Counted from the first letter of the whole stretch, positions 12,785 to 24,502 are shown. The stretch: 60,633 nucleotides of DNA, filler included, from Nemertoderma westbladi (GCA_032718475.1; 3 parts of 3 records of this genome joined end to end with filler, not necessarily neighbours in it); one strand, 5' to 3'. Notes: generated by a model from the sequence alone, not told the origin. Numbers and translations: made by a program.

Positions 12785-12942
12785 AGTTTAGTCGTCCAAA
12801 TGTTGGACCGGGGGGGTGGGAATGAGGGCAAGACGCCCTTCCCACACATAATATAAAAAAAATAATAATAAAATAATAAAAAGAATGAAAGTAATAGTAA
12901 TAGATAGTACGTAGCACTAGGTAAGTAGTTAGAAGTAGGAGT

Positions 12943-13475
12943 GGGAGTGTGGTACATTGACGTACCACGAGAGTAGTAGGGTATATAGTACCATAGGCAG
13001 AAGTTAGGGAGTGTGGTACATTGACAATTGACATACCACGAGAGTAGTAGGGTACATAGTACCTTAGGCAGAAACATAGGGAGTGTGGTACATTGACGTA
13101 CCACAAGAGTAGTAGGGTACATAGTACCATAGGCAGAAGTTAGGGAGTGTGGTACATTAACGTACCACGAGAGTAGTAGGGTACATAGTACCGTTAGTAG
13201 GCAGATAGAAGTATAGGGAGTGTGGAATATAAACATACCACGGGAGTAGTGGCAGGGTACATAGTACCGCTGGTAGAAGTTAGAAGTATAGGGAGTGTGG
13301 TATATTGACATACCACGAGAGTAGTGGCAGGGTACATAGTACCGCTGGTAGAAGTTAGAAGTATAGGGAGTGTGGTATATTGACATACCACGAGAGTAGT
13401 GGCAGGGTACATAGTACCGCTGGTAGGAGTTAGAAGTATAGGGAGTGTGGTCAATAAACATACCACGAGAGTAGT
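12943..13475 (+). repeat. Internal tandem array of 8 hairpin-forming units (64-75 bp) between pol and ORF3
   Basis: Units start GGGAGTGTGG at 12943, 13007, 13079, 13143, 13216, 13291, 13366 and 13441. Most carry GTGGTA...TACCAC and GGTAC-ATA-GTACC stems. Confidence 0.9.
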
Positions 13476-14076
13476 GGGAGGGTATGTAATACTGATAGAG
13501 TTAGTAGAGTTAGTAAGAGTTAGTAGTAAGAGAGTAGAGAGTATGATATATAAATATATCATAAGAGTAGTAGTAGTAGGGTACGTAGTACCGTAGAGGT
13601 TGTGGGCATAGAGAGCGCCACAAAAGAGAGAGGGGGCACGTGGGTACAGCAGGATAGACCGTGTAGGCCGCACGAGACAGACTACAGTACTGCACGGCCC
13701 ATAGAGTAAGTTAGGATGTTTGATACAGGGCCAGGAGGCTACCTGGTACAGACTAGCATAGTAGAGAACAGCTAGTCTACCCTGTATACAAACTATAGGG
13801 GTTATCTAAGTAAAAATAACCCACCATAAGCGATAATAGCATACTAACAAAAAAAATAAAATAGTATTAGAAGTAAATCTGACAAATTATGGTAACAGTA
13901 AGTAAAAGATTCTAGAACATAAAAAAAGTAACTGACAGATTTAGGAAATTTAGGAAAATTGGCACTTTGGGGGGCGTATAGGTAAAAATATACTAGAAAT
14001 TTAGCATTTAAGAGAGATAGGCCATTACTGAACCAGTACAGACCATCTTACTAAACGTCACTCATCTACTTGAGCC

Positions 14077-16670
14077 TTGGCAAGGTACCACCAAGCAGGT
14101 GAGCGAGCGAGGAAGTTCGTAATGGCGGAGAGACTTGTTAAGAAGAGAAAGACGGAGAGGAGTGGAAAGGAGATACTAGTGGACTTCACGCAAAGGCATC
14201 CGGAGGAGAAGATGAGGGGATACTACGAGCCGCTAGCGAAGGGTCACAAAGCGCGAGCGCTGCAGGACCACTTCAGGGAGATGCACGAGAGACGACTGGT
14301 CGGGACCTACGGGACACCGTCGCTGGACAACGTGATCCTCGAGCATTGTTGCTACGTAGTGAAAGGAGACGAAGCGAAGTTCGGGATACCGAAGTATCTG
14401 AGAGAACCACCGAGAAAAGACTGGAGGAGGTTCGTAGAGTCCGTGAACAGGGGAGGATACATGGTCCTAGACGACGAGGGGACTGTGGAGGACGAAGAGG
14501 GTTTGAGAAGAGGGTCGGCGGGATCAGCCAGAACCATACTACTGCATTTGGCTGCGCCAAATGGAGACATATTCCTATTCGATCTAGGAACGTATGGCAA
14601 GAAGAGCGGGCCGAAGTTAACCAGTTGCCAAGGGCAGTGCAAGACCTAGTGAGGGAGAAGACAACGGTGAAAGTGGGATCAGTGATCCGCGACAATGCGG
14701 AGAGGATCGTCAGACCGGAGACCCCCAACCTCTTGGACATGTAAGCGGTCTATATGGCCATGACAGGGCCAAACGGGTTGGGATTGGTAGAGAACACAGG
14801 ACATTGCGGAGCAGTGGTGATGGATCAGCTCATGGGGCTCGTCTGCCACAAGCCGATGGACTGGGGTAAGTTCCGGGAGGAGTACGGAGCGGAGCTGGCG
14901 AACTCGCTGAAGTGGGGAGCGAGGCCAGGGAAACAGGAGGTGTATCAGTTCCAGAGAGGAGCGATAAAGATATATCAGAAGAGATATATCCTACAGGAGG
15001 ATTGGATAATGATAGGTTTACTAAACCTATTCATGGCCGTGGTTATCGGAAGAGAGCCGACTGCGTTCCTGCTATCAGGATCATCTCTAAACTACAGAAG
15101 AGCCTTTAAGGTGGCCTTTGAAGGTCTGGTAGACCACCCGGGGCTGAAGGGCGAGTCGGTGTACTACAACAGCCGGCACCTAGTAGACAGGGAGGTGGAT
15201 ACACCATACCAGAGATGGGAGAAGCTGGAAGCGGATAGACTTGAGGGGAAGCGACTGGAAGAAATCGCCAGGCCTGAAAGGAGGGAGGCAGATGAGAGAG
15301 AGGCGGAGATTAGGGGAGAGGATTACGGGTTTGAGGCCCAGAACTTGGACGAGCTAAGGTGGGGATCAGGAAGCTCGGGTGAGTTTCTGGGGGAGGAGCT
15401 AGGATGGACGGAAGAATCGCCGAAACAGTCAACATCGGAATTGCAAGCGATGCCCATGCCAGCGGGCTCTGAGGGCGATTTCGTGAGAAAGAGACCGAGA
15501 GAACAGGAAGGATGGAAAGTTACGGGTAGAAGCCAAGGCGGAAACGGACACAGTGGATCTACTGGGATACCTGGTTTGGATCCACTCCCAGCGACGGAGG
15601 AAGATGACGACGAGTTCGGGGAGATGCCGCCCATCGAGAGGATCGGCCACTAAGATGCGGACTGGGTTGGCGGGAGAGTGGCGACGGCCAGCGGGGCGAG
15701 GGCCTTCTGGGATAAACCCGGCAAGCGGATCTGGGTGCACGAGGAGTCGGCGATGGATTTCGCGGGGAGCATCATCAGGTTGGGCGAGCAACCAGGAACA
15801 GCACCAAGGGTAGTGTTTGGAGAGACGATGCCGAGGCGGGAGGAGGACGTAGATATGGACAGAGACGTTAATGTCCAGAAGTTTGCTTACCAACGGCTCC
15901 ACAGACCTAGGAGACCGCTCGGGGCAAAAGATGAGTTGGGGCGGGACGCGTTGATACACAGCTGTGATTACTGCGGGAGGCTGACTCACCAGGAAAAGAG
16001 CTGTTTGTATCGATTTCAGAAGGGGACGAGTTGCCTCTACTGCCACGAGTCGAGCCATAGCATGGGAGCGTGTCCGAGGCTGCACAACTGCTGCTCAAAG
16101 TGTAACTTCCGAGGGCACTACGGGCGCCAGTGCGACTGGATGGATGATGGGGAGAAGTTTAAGATCTTCGAGGAGTGGGCCGACGTCGGCGTTATTACGC
16201 GACAGAGAATGAAGGCCCAGGAGTTCCAGTGGGGTTTCTTCAACATCAACCAGGAAGCCCATCTGGAGATTATCAAGAGGAGACTGCCATTCACATACCA
16301 GGAGGTAGCGACAGCGGCGTCGTATGGAGGAGTCATCAACACGCAGAGGTATTTGGATAGATGGATGCCAGAAAACAGAGGAGAGTTTAGGGATTTTCTG
16401 GCGGAGCACGCTGCGCAAACCATGAAAATGATCTTGTGGGATGCTACCAGGGGGAAGCAGGAGGGGCATTCGGAAGGGCCACCTGCAAAGCGTTACCGGG
16501 AGTTAATAACACCAGCACCCAAAGAATCGACCACGGGAATTAGCAAGGCGGTAACGGCGAGAATGAGGAGTCTCAGAGAGGACAAGCCAGAGGGAAGGAA
16601 GCGACCCAGACAGGACGATGATAGAGGGAAAGAACTAAGATGGTTCCCGAAGACGGGAGGAGCAAACTAG
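14077..16670 (+). pseudogene. Retrotransposon ORF3: DEDDy-like (WRN/mut-7/EXD-type) 3'-5' exonuclease plus three CCHC zinc knuckles, ~850 aa when repaired
   Basis: ORFs 14077, 14346, 14754 and 15678 join with one frameshift (~14590) and two in-frame TAA stops (14742, 15651). Motifs: VLDDEG, LLHLAAPNGDIFLFDL, LPRAVQDLVREKTTVKVG, LLDM, YQKRYILQED. Knuckles: CDYC..H..C, CLYC..H..C, CSKC..H..C. Confidence 0.75.
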
Positions 16671-17355
16671 GACTCAGAGATGTGGGCGTGCCTGGAAGGC
16701 ACCACATATGGAAATAATACGAACTCCTAAGTGCAAAATAATTAAGTGCAATTAGTATGTACGTATGTAATAAACAATATAATTAGAATATAATTAGAAT
16801 GAATATAATCAAACTAGGTACTATAGTCATATATAGCCTTTTTCCAATTAGCTACTGGGATTTGGGACCACTTGACTACAACGGACGAGACTTTAAACGG
16901 ATCTTACTAGCATGGTGTACACATGCATGGGACCCGATGAGAGAAAGGAGAGTGGGAATAGAGATGGGTTGAGTACGAGAGAAGTGTGGAGAGGAGGTGT
17001 TGACATGTGAGGAGGTGAGGAAAGTGCAATTCCGGTGTGGGGAGCGAGTAGTAAGAGAAAGTGTAAGGGTAACAAGGTCCGCGGGAAAGAGAGTGAGGGA
17101 CAAAGAGGTCCGAGAGTAAGAGAGGTTCTAGAAAATCGTGTGAAGAGAAAGCACGATTGTAGAGACGCCAGATGTCTTGGTGCAACATAGCTCGCGATTG
17201 CACCAAGGAAGGGTAGTAATCTCATACCCAGGGGGGCGGCCTGGAAAGCTGACCCCGAGAAAAGAACTCCACCCCACACCTGATAGTAGATCGGGTCCCA
17301 TCGGAATTGAAGCGCACTTAAGGTTGATGCTATCTTCTCACTGGGATGATAGCAT

Positions 17356-17363
17356 GGGGGGAG
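17356..17363 (+). promoter_or_regulatory. Polypurine tract
   Basis: GGGGGGAG immediately 5' of the 3' LTR TG. Confidence 0.85.
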
Positions 17364-17996
17364 TGTAAGCGGATTCAATTCCACTTCATTACCCACCAGA
17401 AAATGGGACTAATGGCATTTTAGCAATATGTTGGGGATACGAGATTACCAATATTAATCTTGTATCATAACCAACATTGGGGGGGGGGGGGGGGGGGCGA
17501 CACAAGCCCCAAAGCCACAGAGAAAGGTGAGAGGTCAAACCACCTCGGAGGGAAGGCAGCTAGTAGACACTCCCAGGGAGTGCCAAAGTGACTAGTAGTA
17601 TATTAGCCAATAGTGGGGAGGGAAGCACGTGATAGGGAACAGGAAAGCATCCATTGGGTAGAGGGCTAAAGTAGAGTAGGAGGTGAACCAATATTCAATG
17701 TATTAATCATATATTATCTTACATTACTGGTTTACCAGTCAGTTGTGTTATTCAGTTCAGTTAGTGCAGACCGGTCATAGTTAATGACCGCCACCGCCAT
17801 ACCGGTAACAATTAATCTGTATTTTCTGCTCATATTCAATTGACTTGCTATTATCGTCCATATTAATTAATATTGAGAGACAACAGAAACTTTCACTGTT
17901 TTCCCAAACGGCCTCGGCCAAAGCTAGTAGCACCTTCTCCAGCAGAACGGTGAGGCGTACATTTCTAACCCGGTCAGGATCTCCGATCCCGTCACA
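17364..17996 (+). repeat. 3' LTR (633 bp)
   Basis: Direct repeat of 3946-4598, followed by TSD AATAA. Confidence 0.96.
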
Positions 17997-18247
17997 AATA
18001 ACGATAAATTAAAAAAAACAAAAAATCTTCATATATAAAATTCCAATAAAATGTCGACCGAAGAGTAAAATTCCGGTATTCTTCGCATGGGCGAAGGTAA
18101 TATAGCATTTAATTATGTTCATAATACCAATAATAATATTATTCAATAAGCAATCATAGTTAGGCAGTCCAGAAGAAGGCCACGCGTAGACAATCTGATA
18201 ATCATTGATTTCTGCTTCATAATATAAGAATTAAGTTACAGATAGTA

Positions 18248-19570
18248 TTAGCCATATAGGGCCGAATAATGAATGTTTAGCACCGAGCTAACATTAGATC
18301 GTTACTAAGTTCTCAGTTACCCATATAGGGCCGTATTCATGAATGTTTAGTACCGAGCTAACATTAACTCGTTACTAAGTTCTCAGTTAGCCATATAGGG
18401 GCGTATTCATGAATGTTTAGTACCGAGCTAACATTAGATCGATACTAAGTTCTCAGTTACACATATAGGGCCGTATTCATGAATGTTTAGCACCGAGCTA
18501 ACATTAGCTCGTTACTAAGATCACAGTTATCCATATAGGGCCGTATTCATGAATGTTTAGTACCGAGCTAACATTAGATCGTTACTAAGTTCTCAGTTAC
18601 CCATATAGGGCCGTATGCATGAATGTTTAGTACCGAGCTAACATTAGATCGTTACTAAGTTCTCAGTTACCCATATAGAGCCGTATTCATGAATGTTTAG
18701 CACCGAGTTAACATTAGCTCGTTACTAAGTTCTCAGTTACCCATATAGGGCCGTATTCATGAATGTTTAGCACCGAGCTAACATGAGCTCGTTACTAAGA
18801 TCTCAGTTAGCCATATAGGGCCGTATTCATGAATGTTTAGCACCGAGCTAACATTAGCTCGTTACTAAGTTCTCAGTTACCCATATAGGGCCGTATTCAT
18901 GAATGTTTAGCAACGAGCTAACATTAGCTCGTTACTAAGTTCTCAGTTACCCATATAGGGCCGTATTCATGAATGTTTAGCACCGAGCTAACATTAGCTC
19001 GTTACTAAGATCTCAGTTAGCCATATAGGGCCGTATTCATGAATGTTTAGCACCGAGCTGACATTAGCTCGTTACTAAGTTCTCAGTTACCCATATAGGG
19101 CCGTATTCATGAATGTTTAGTACCGAGCTAACATTAGATCGTTACTAAGTTCTCAGTTACCCATATAGGGCCGTATTCATGAATGTTTAGCACCGAGCTA
19201 ACATTAGCTCGTTACTAAGTTCTCAGTTACCCATATAGGGCCGTATTCATGAATGTTTAGTACCGAGCTAACATTAGATCGTTACTAAGTTCTCAGTTAC
19301 CCATATAGGGCCGTATTAATGAATGTTTAGCACCGAGCTAACATTACTCGTTACTAAATTCTCAGTTAGCCATATAGGGCCGTATTCATGAATGTTTAGT
19401 ACCGAGGTAACATTAACTCGTTACTAAGTTCTCAGTTAGCCATATAGGGCCGTATTCATGAATGTTTAGTACCGAGCTCACATTAGCTCGTTACTAAGTT
19501 CTCAGTTACCCATATAGGGTCGTATTCATGAATGTTTAGTACCGAGCTAACATTAACTCGTTACTAAGTT
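18248..19570. repeat. 70-bp satellite, left block (~19 units)
   Basis: Unit CCATATAGGGCCGTATTCATGAATGTTTAGYACCGAGCTAACATTAGCTCGTTACTAAGTTCTCAGTTAC. Confidence 0.97.
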
Positions 19571-19747
19571 TGTTGTTTCCTCTATGGTAGGGACTATCCT
19601 ATGGCCTACAAGTCTACTAATATGAAGCTATAGAATATCTCTAACCGTAAAGTCCAGTAGTATACCGCTTACCAGATCCTAGTAACGATGTATCTTACTG
19701 TAAGATCTAGTAATGAAACGGGCTCGCACAGTATCTGACAACAAATC
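19571..19747 (-). repeat. Remnant (U5 end) of the 3' LTR of the second element
   Basis: Near-identical to 22376-22552. Confidence 0.8.
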
Positions 19748-19749
19748 AC

Positions 19750-21352
19750 TGTAGGTGGACTAGATACATTACCTGCTAAAATTGGCGATGAAGTTGCCCT
19801 AGGTTGCGGTATTTCCATCACAACAAACCTGTTACCTTGCGTCAAGCGCACAGGTGTTATTTCCTTAGGTTTCGTAACAAAGACCAGTTTTATCAGAGTC
19901 GTGGGTTTGAGCATAGGAATCACTTGTGGAAAACGTTTGCAGTAATCCTCGACGAACTCCTCTCCTCAATCTATCGCTCCCACACTTCCTTCCTCGATTC
20001 GCTTCTGTATCCCGCGATATCGAGCTCCCATGCGATTCAGGGCAGACAAATCGTGTCCAGCTCGCGATCTTATAGATCTATCTCTCGCGTCGAGTTCGAG
20101 GTCCGCTTGCGCGTTCACTGCCTTGCGCGATCTACGATTCAGTTAGAACTGTAGTTGCATCTCCCTTTCGCGTCGATCTGCTACTTGTTGTTGTGCCGCT
20201 AACTCCGCTTCTTGTATAGCTAGTCGAGCGTTAATTTGTCTCACTTCCATCTTGGCGCGAGCGTCAGATGCCGCTTTCTTCCAAGCCAACTCCGCTGCGT
20301 TTACTGTCGCAACTCATGCTAATTCGTCGGCTGCAGCTTCTCGTGCCAAATCTTCCTCCAATCTTCTTAGTTCCAAGGCTTCAACTTCTGCTTGCGCCTT
20401 GAGCTGCGCAATCCGTGCCTCGTCTTCTCTTTGTTGTTTCTCTCCTTCGATGGCGATCTGTGCCATCTGTCGTTGCGCTTCTTCCTCGACGACTTGTTGT
20501 CGGCATGCAACTTCCTGTTATTGTCGAGTAATTACAGATGCTGTTCTACTAACGTCGCCAACGTCGCTCCGCATGCTAACGAATGATCTATCCAGTGGTG
20601 GATTTTGGTAGGCTCGCGAGCCTTCCGTAGTGAGAACTTCCGTCGTCCCTTGCGGTTTGACTTCTGGTTCTTCGATTGGTACGCCGTTTCTACGAAGAAA
20701 ATTGGTGAGCGTCTCCAACCTCCCGTCCAGGCAATAAAGTTCTTCTTCCTCTTCGGGTTGTAACAACGCGTCCGAAACTGACTCACCTAGCAGTTGGTCG
20801 AACTGCTCCTGTTGAGCCAATTTTATTACTGACTTAAACTGGATAAGGCTTTCTCTTGCACTTACCAACTTATCTATTATCTTTACCTGAGTAAAGTTGT
20901 TGTCACGCAACTCTGCAAGTTCGTGTAAACCCTTAAGTTTATCTACGGAGGCATCTACCCTATTTTCTATCCTTACCTGTAAGGTGTAGAACTCGTATCT
21001 TGACATCGGGGCGGTTAACTCGCGTAAAACGCGAAATCCTTCTCCGAGGTTTCGAGTAATCTGGGCCATGTGTCCTCCTATACTTCTAATGACATTTTCT
21101 TGGCTTCCCGCCAAGCTTACCATGTCTGGTTCCCGTGACCTGGTCTGCGGGACTGTAAGGAAATCCTCGATCCTGCCGTCGCCACGCATTGCGGCTTCTG
21201 GTATTTCTGTTCGGGGTACCGGCGACGCACGCAGTGTGACATCGGTGGAATCTCGGGTTCTCCTTCTCGGTTCATCTACTGTCGATCTGTCCGGGTCGCA
21301 CGAGTCATAGTCGGTAGGGGGGGTATCGAGTCGAATGCGGTGTGTCACTCAT
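19750..21352 (-). pseudogene. Gag-like N-terminal region (coiled coil), truncated
   Basis: The 276-aa ORF continues in frame through TAA/TGA stops (probable CAA/CGA) into E/Q/R/A-rich heptads (QEVACRQQVVEEEAQRQMAQ...). An ATG at 21352 is one frame off, upstream of a homopolymer. The position is the one expected for gag. Confidence 0.6.
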
Positions 21353-22375
21353 GTCTTATTATATACGTCAAGTACGGGTAATAAAAATGTCAAAGTATCG
21401 GAATGTTGAAATGTCAAACTTACCTTGGTATATATATAGCGTATATATATCCTAACCGGTACAAATAAATCAACAAAGTCAGAATGTCGAAATGTCCAAA
21501 TGTCAAACTTACCTTGATATATATATATATCATATGTATACCCTAACCGGTACAAATAAAACTAACAAAGTATACAATAAAATATGTAATAATCTAGCCT
21601 ACCAGCTAAATTTGTACGAATAAGTGAGATAACGGTATACGTTACCAAAATGTTGATCAACAAGTACAAATAATAGGCGAAACAGCAACGTCTAACGGGA
21701 AAATAAGTACCAACAACACTACTAATTAGACAGTGAAACCCACAAATTTTGAGTACAACTGTGCTTTCTTAAGTTTGAACGACATGAGTCGTAAAACTTA
21801 CGCTCCTTTGATCTTCCAGTCGTGCAAATTCCCAAATACAAACTGGACGTGGGTCGTTCCGTTTTTCGGCGGCGCGGACGAATTTTTTGTCTCCCAAACT
21901 TTGCGAAAAGCGGTCTAATCCTCGAAGCAGTCCAGAAATGAGTCCTTGAGTCCTGAAAAGTCGAAGGTGAGAGTTTTACTTCTACTCTACGAAAAATCTT
22001 CCTAGGTACTGATACAACTTGGTCTTTAAACCCTATGTACCTTTTCAAGTACCGAAAAGTAACACCGCACACACTGCGTAAAACAAATTGCTACAAACTA
22101 ACTATTAGCTAGTCAAATATTACATACGAAACTACTAGCTACCCTAAAGCCTACTGAAGCAGGGGACGTTCTACAAATTACTAATTTTACTAACCTTAAA
22201 TTTTTTAAATATCTCCTACTTTACAATAGCTAACAATATATTTATATATCTCACTTTAGGTAAGATATATCTACAATTTGCAAATTTACAATTTGCAAAC
22301 TAAACAATAAATATACCTCACTGTTGTGAGGGATCAATACTATACACTAATTTATATAATATATATATACCTCAC

Positions 22376-24502
22376 TGTTGTGTCCTCTACGGTAGGGACT
22401 ATCCTACAGCCTACAAGTCTACTAATATGAAGCTATAGAATATCTCTAACCGTAAAGTCCAGTAGTATACCGCTTACCAGATCCTAGTAACGATGTATCT
22501 TACCGTAAGATCTAGTAATGAAACGGGCTCGTACAGTATCTGACAACAAATCCCAGTCCAGGGTATCTAAACAAACAGATACAATACACAAACAACTACT
22601 GGCGAGGAGCAGAGCCTAGTGTCTATTCTATGTACGTGAGCGGGTCTAATGCCTACGAACTAGACAAAAGGAAACCTGTCCTCTAACCGGTATGGCAGAT
22701 GTACAGTTACAGTAACAGACCAAACTCACGGGAAAACAATCCCCACGCAGCGAATCCTAACTATCGCTGACAGTCCTAAATACCGTAACTTGCCGCGGTG
22801 TGATTTATATGGTTTATATACGAGCTAGTGGGTTAACAGACCTAGCGTAACAATACTGATCCCCCTGTGCGAAATCAGTCTAAAGAGGGTCGTGCCTAAT
22901 GTAACAATACCGCTGCTCTGACAAACAACAGTTTAATAACGAAATAAATACTCCTTCTTGCCGTAACTAAATATCAGATCCTAAATTTACAAATACCAAC
23001 AGTAAGATATATATATTCTGCCTAAAGTAATCTAAAGTGCGCTATCTAGTAGAACTCTAAGGGTAAATATGTTTTAGGGTGTGTGTGTGTGTGGGTGTGT
23101 TACAATAAAACAATTTTGGTGTATATCATTTTACTAGGTTTTAGTAATTCTCTGACCAAAACAATACCGTGCGCTAGCTACTAAAATAAACTAGTCGCGT
23201 TTTGTAGAACTTTATATTTACAAATGACGTCAAAGCTCTCTCCTTCCCATCCACAACTCAACCCTTGCAACCACGGTGTTAGTAACTACACCCATGATCG
23301 GCACAAATACCAGATTCTGGTTGTAAGATAAGAAATAGGGGTTAATTGCTACCGTACATTAGCTGATCTGGTATACAAATTTGATTCTAGAACTTTGTTG
23401 CTGCGGTAGTTAGCAGCAATTCCTATTAGTACGTGGCAAGGCGCGGTAGGATATTAATAAAACCTCCCTAGGCCAAGCGGTGTGCCGGTAGCAGAAATAC
23501 TCCTTGCCTGATCAAATAACTAAGTTCAGACAAGGGGGGGGGTACTAATGTATATTCTACAAAGCGAACCGGCACCAAACGGTCAGTGGTGAGAATCACT
23601 AAATTATGGAACATATACTGTTTGTACCTAATATGTACTCGCGTACTGACGGACGGCAATAGTTCGCACCTGCGAGGTATACAGGTTAACCCAGGGATTT
23701 GCAATACTGACGGGGGGGGGGGGGGGGGGTGGGGGGGGCTCTGTCAGAATATAGTTATTTGATCCTAAATTTTGCGGCGTCCCAGAACGGCGTCACGCTT
23801 ACCCTGATCTATAGGTCTTACGTCGGGCAAGGGCATCAAACAAAGTCTTACCTTCCTCGGAAATTGGGCGCTGCATGGCAAGGTGGAGTATTTCGTAGGG
23901 CAAAGGGGGTGCGCGGTCTAATCTAATGTGGGTGCTAGCGTGTTGTGGACATCATTTCCCCGCGTTGCTGACGGCCTAACGGTCTAGGCGGCCATCTTCC
24001 TAATGCTTGGCTGTCCCAAAGGTGGACGTTTGGAAATATACATGTTCAGAAGTTTACAGTATATTTACAGTTGATTAGTGTGTGTGATAACCGAAGGCAA
24101 ACCAGCCTTTATATACTAAATCTGAGACATAGAATCCGCTAGAACCTTCCAGAGCATTCCATGGCCTCACATTGGAGCAATAAGATATTCCATGCCCTAT
24201 GATTGGCCCAACTCATCGTTCCATGTGTTGTACGCACCTCATTGGTTTATCAATTTGTACCAAATGAAAATAAATTGCCCCAAAATGCAAATTTCCCGAC
24301 TGGGATTCAAACTCGTAACCTATCTGTAATGCAACCAACGCCTTAACCATCTCACCACTATGCCACGAGATTAACTACGGGTTTTATGCGTACTAATATG
24401 AATAGGCATATTACATTACTGTAACTTAATCAAAATGCGTCGGATTTTCGAAAGTTTTTACGTTAAACTACAAATGCTATCTTATAGTGAAATAATCCAT
24501 CA
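22376..24502 (-). repeat. Putative long (~2.1 kb) 5' LTR of the second element
   Basis: On the minus strand it starts TG at 24502 and ends CA at 22376. Minus-strand CCAAT boxes (ATTGG at ~24171, 24202, 24241) lie upstream of TATATAAAGG (24115-24106). Confidence 0.65.
24295..24364 (-). other. tRNA-derived (SINE-head-like) segment inside the LTR
   Basis: The minus strand reads GGCATAGTGGTGAGATGGTTAAGGCG...GAGTTTGAATCCC, i.e. A-box- and B-box-like motifs at tRNA spacing. Confidence 0.5.

Larger units (their letters stand above)
3946..17996 (+). mobile_element. Full-length BEL/Pao LTR retrotransposon (decayed) with an extra 3' ORF
   Basis: Two LTRs with TG..CA ends; TSD AATAA at 3941-3945 and 17997-18001; gag-PR-RT-RNaseH-IN order with BEL-type motifs; PPT before the 3' LTR. 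Confidence 0.96.
19571..24502 (-). mobile_element. Internally deleted LTR retrotransposon inserted into the 70-bp satellite
   Basis: TG..CA termini; AAGTT on both sides (19566-19570 and 24503-24507); 177-bp direct repeat at 19571-19747 and 22376-22552; gag-like coiled-coil ORF on the minus strand; no pol. Confidence 0.8.

Noticed and set aside
12943-13475. CRISPR-like appearance of the hairpin repeat array
   Set aside because: The inter-hairpin segments are homologous rather than unique spacers, there are no cas genes, and the context is a eukaryotic retroelement.
14077-16670. ORF3 as an env/fusion glycoprotein
   Set aside because: No signal peptide or C-terminal TM anchor; the Cys residues are arranged as CCHC knuckles and the motifs fit an exonuclease.
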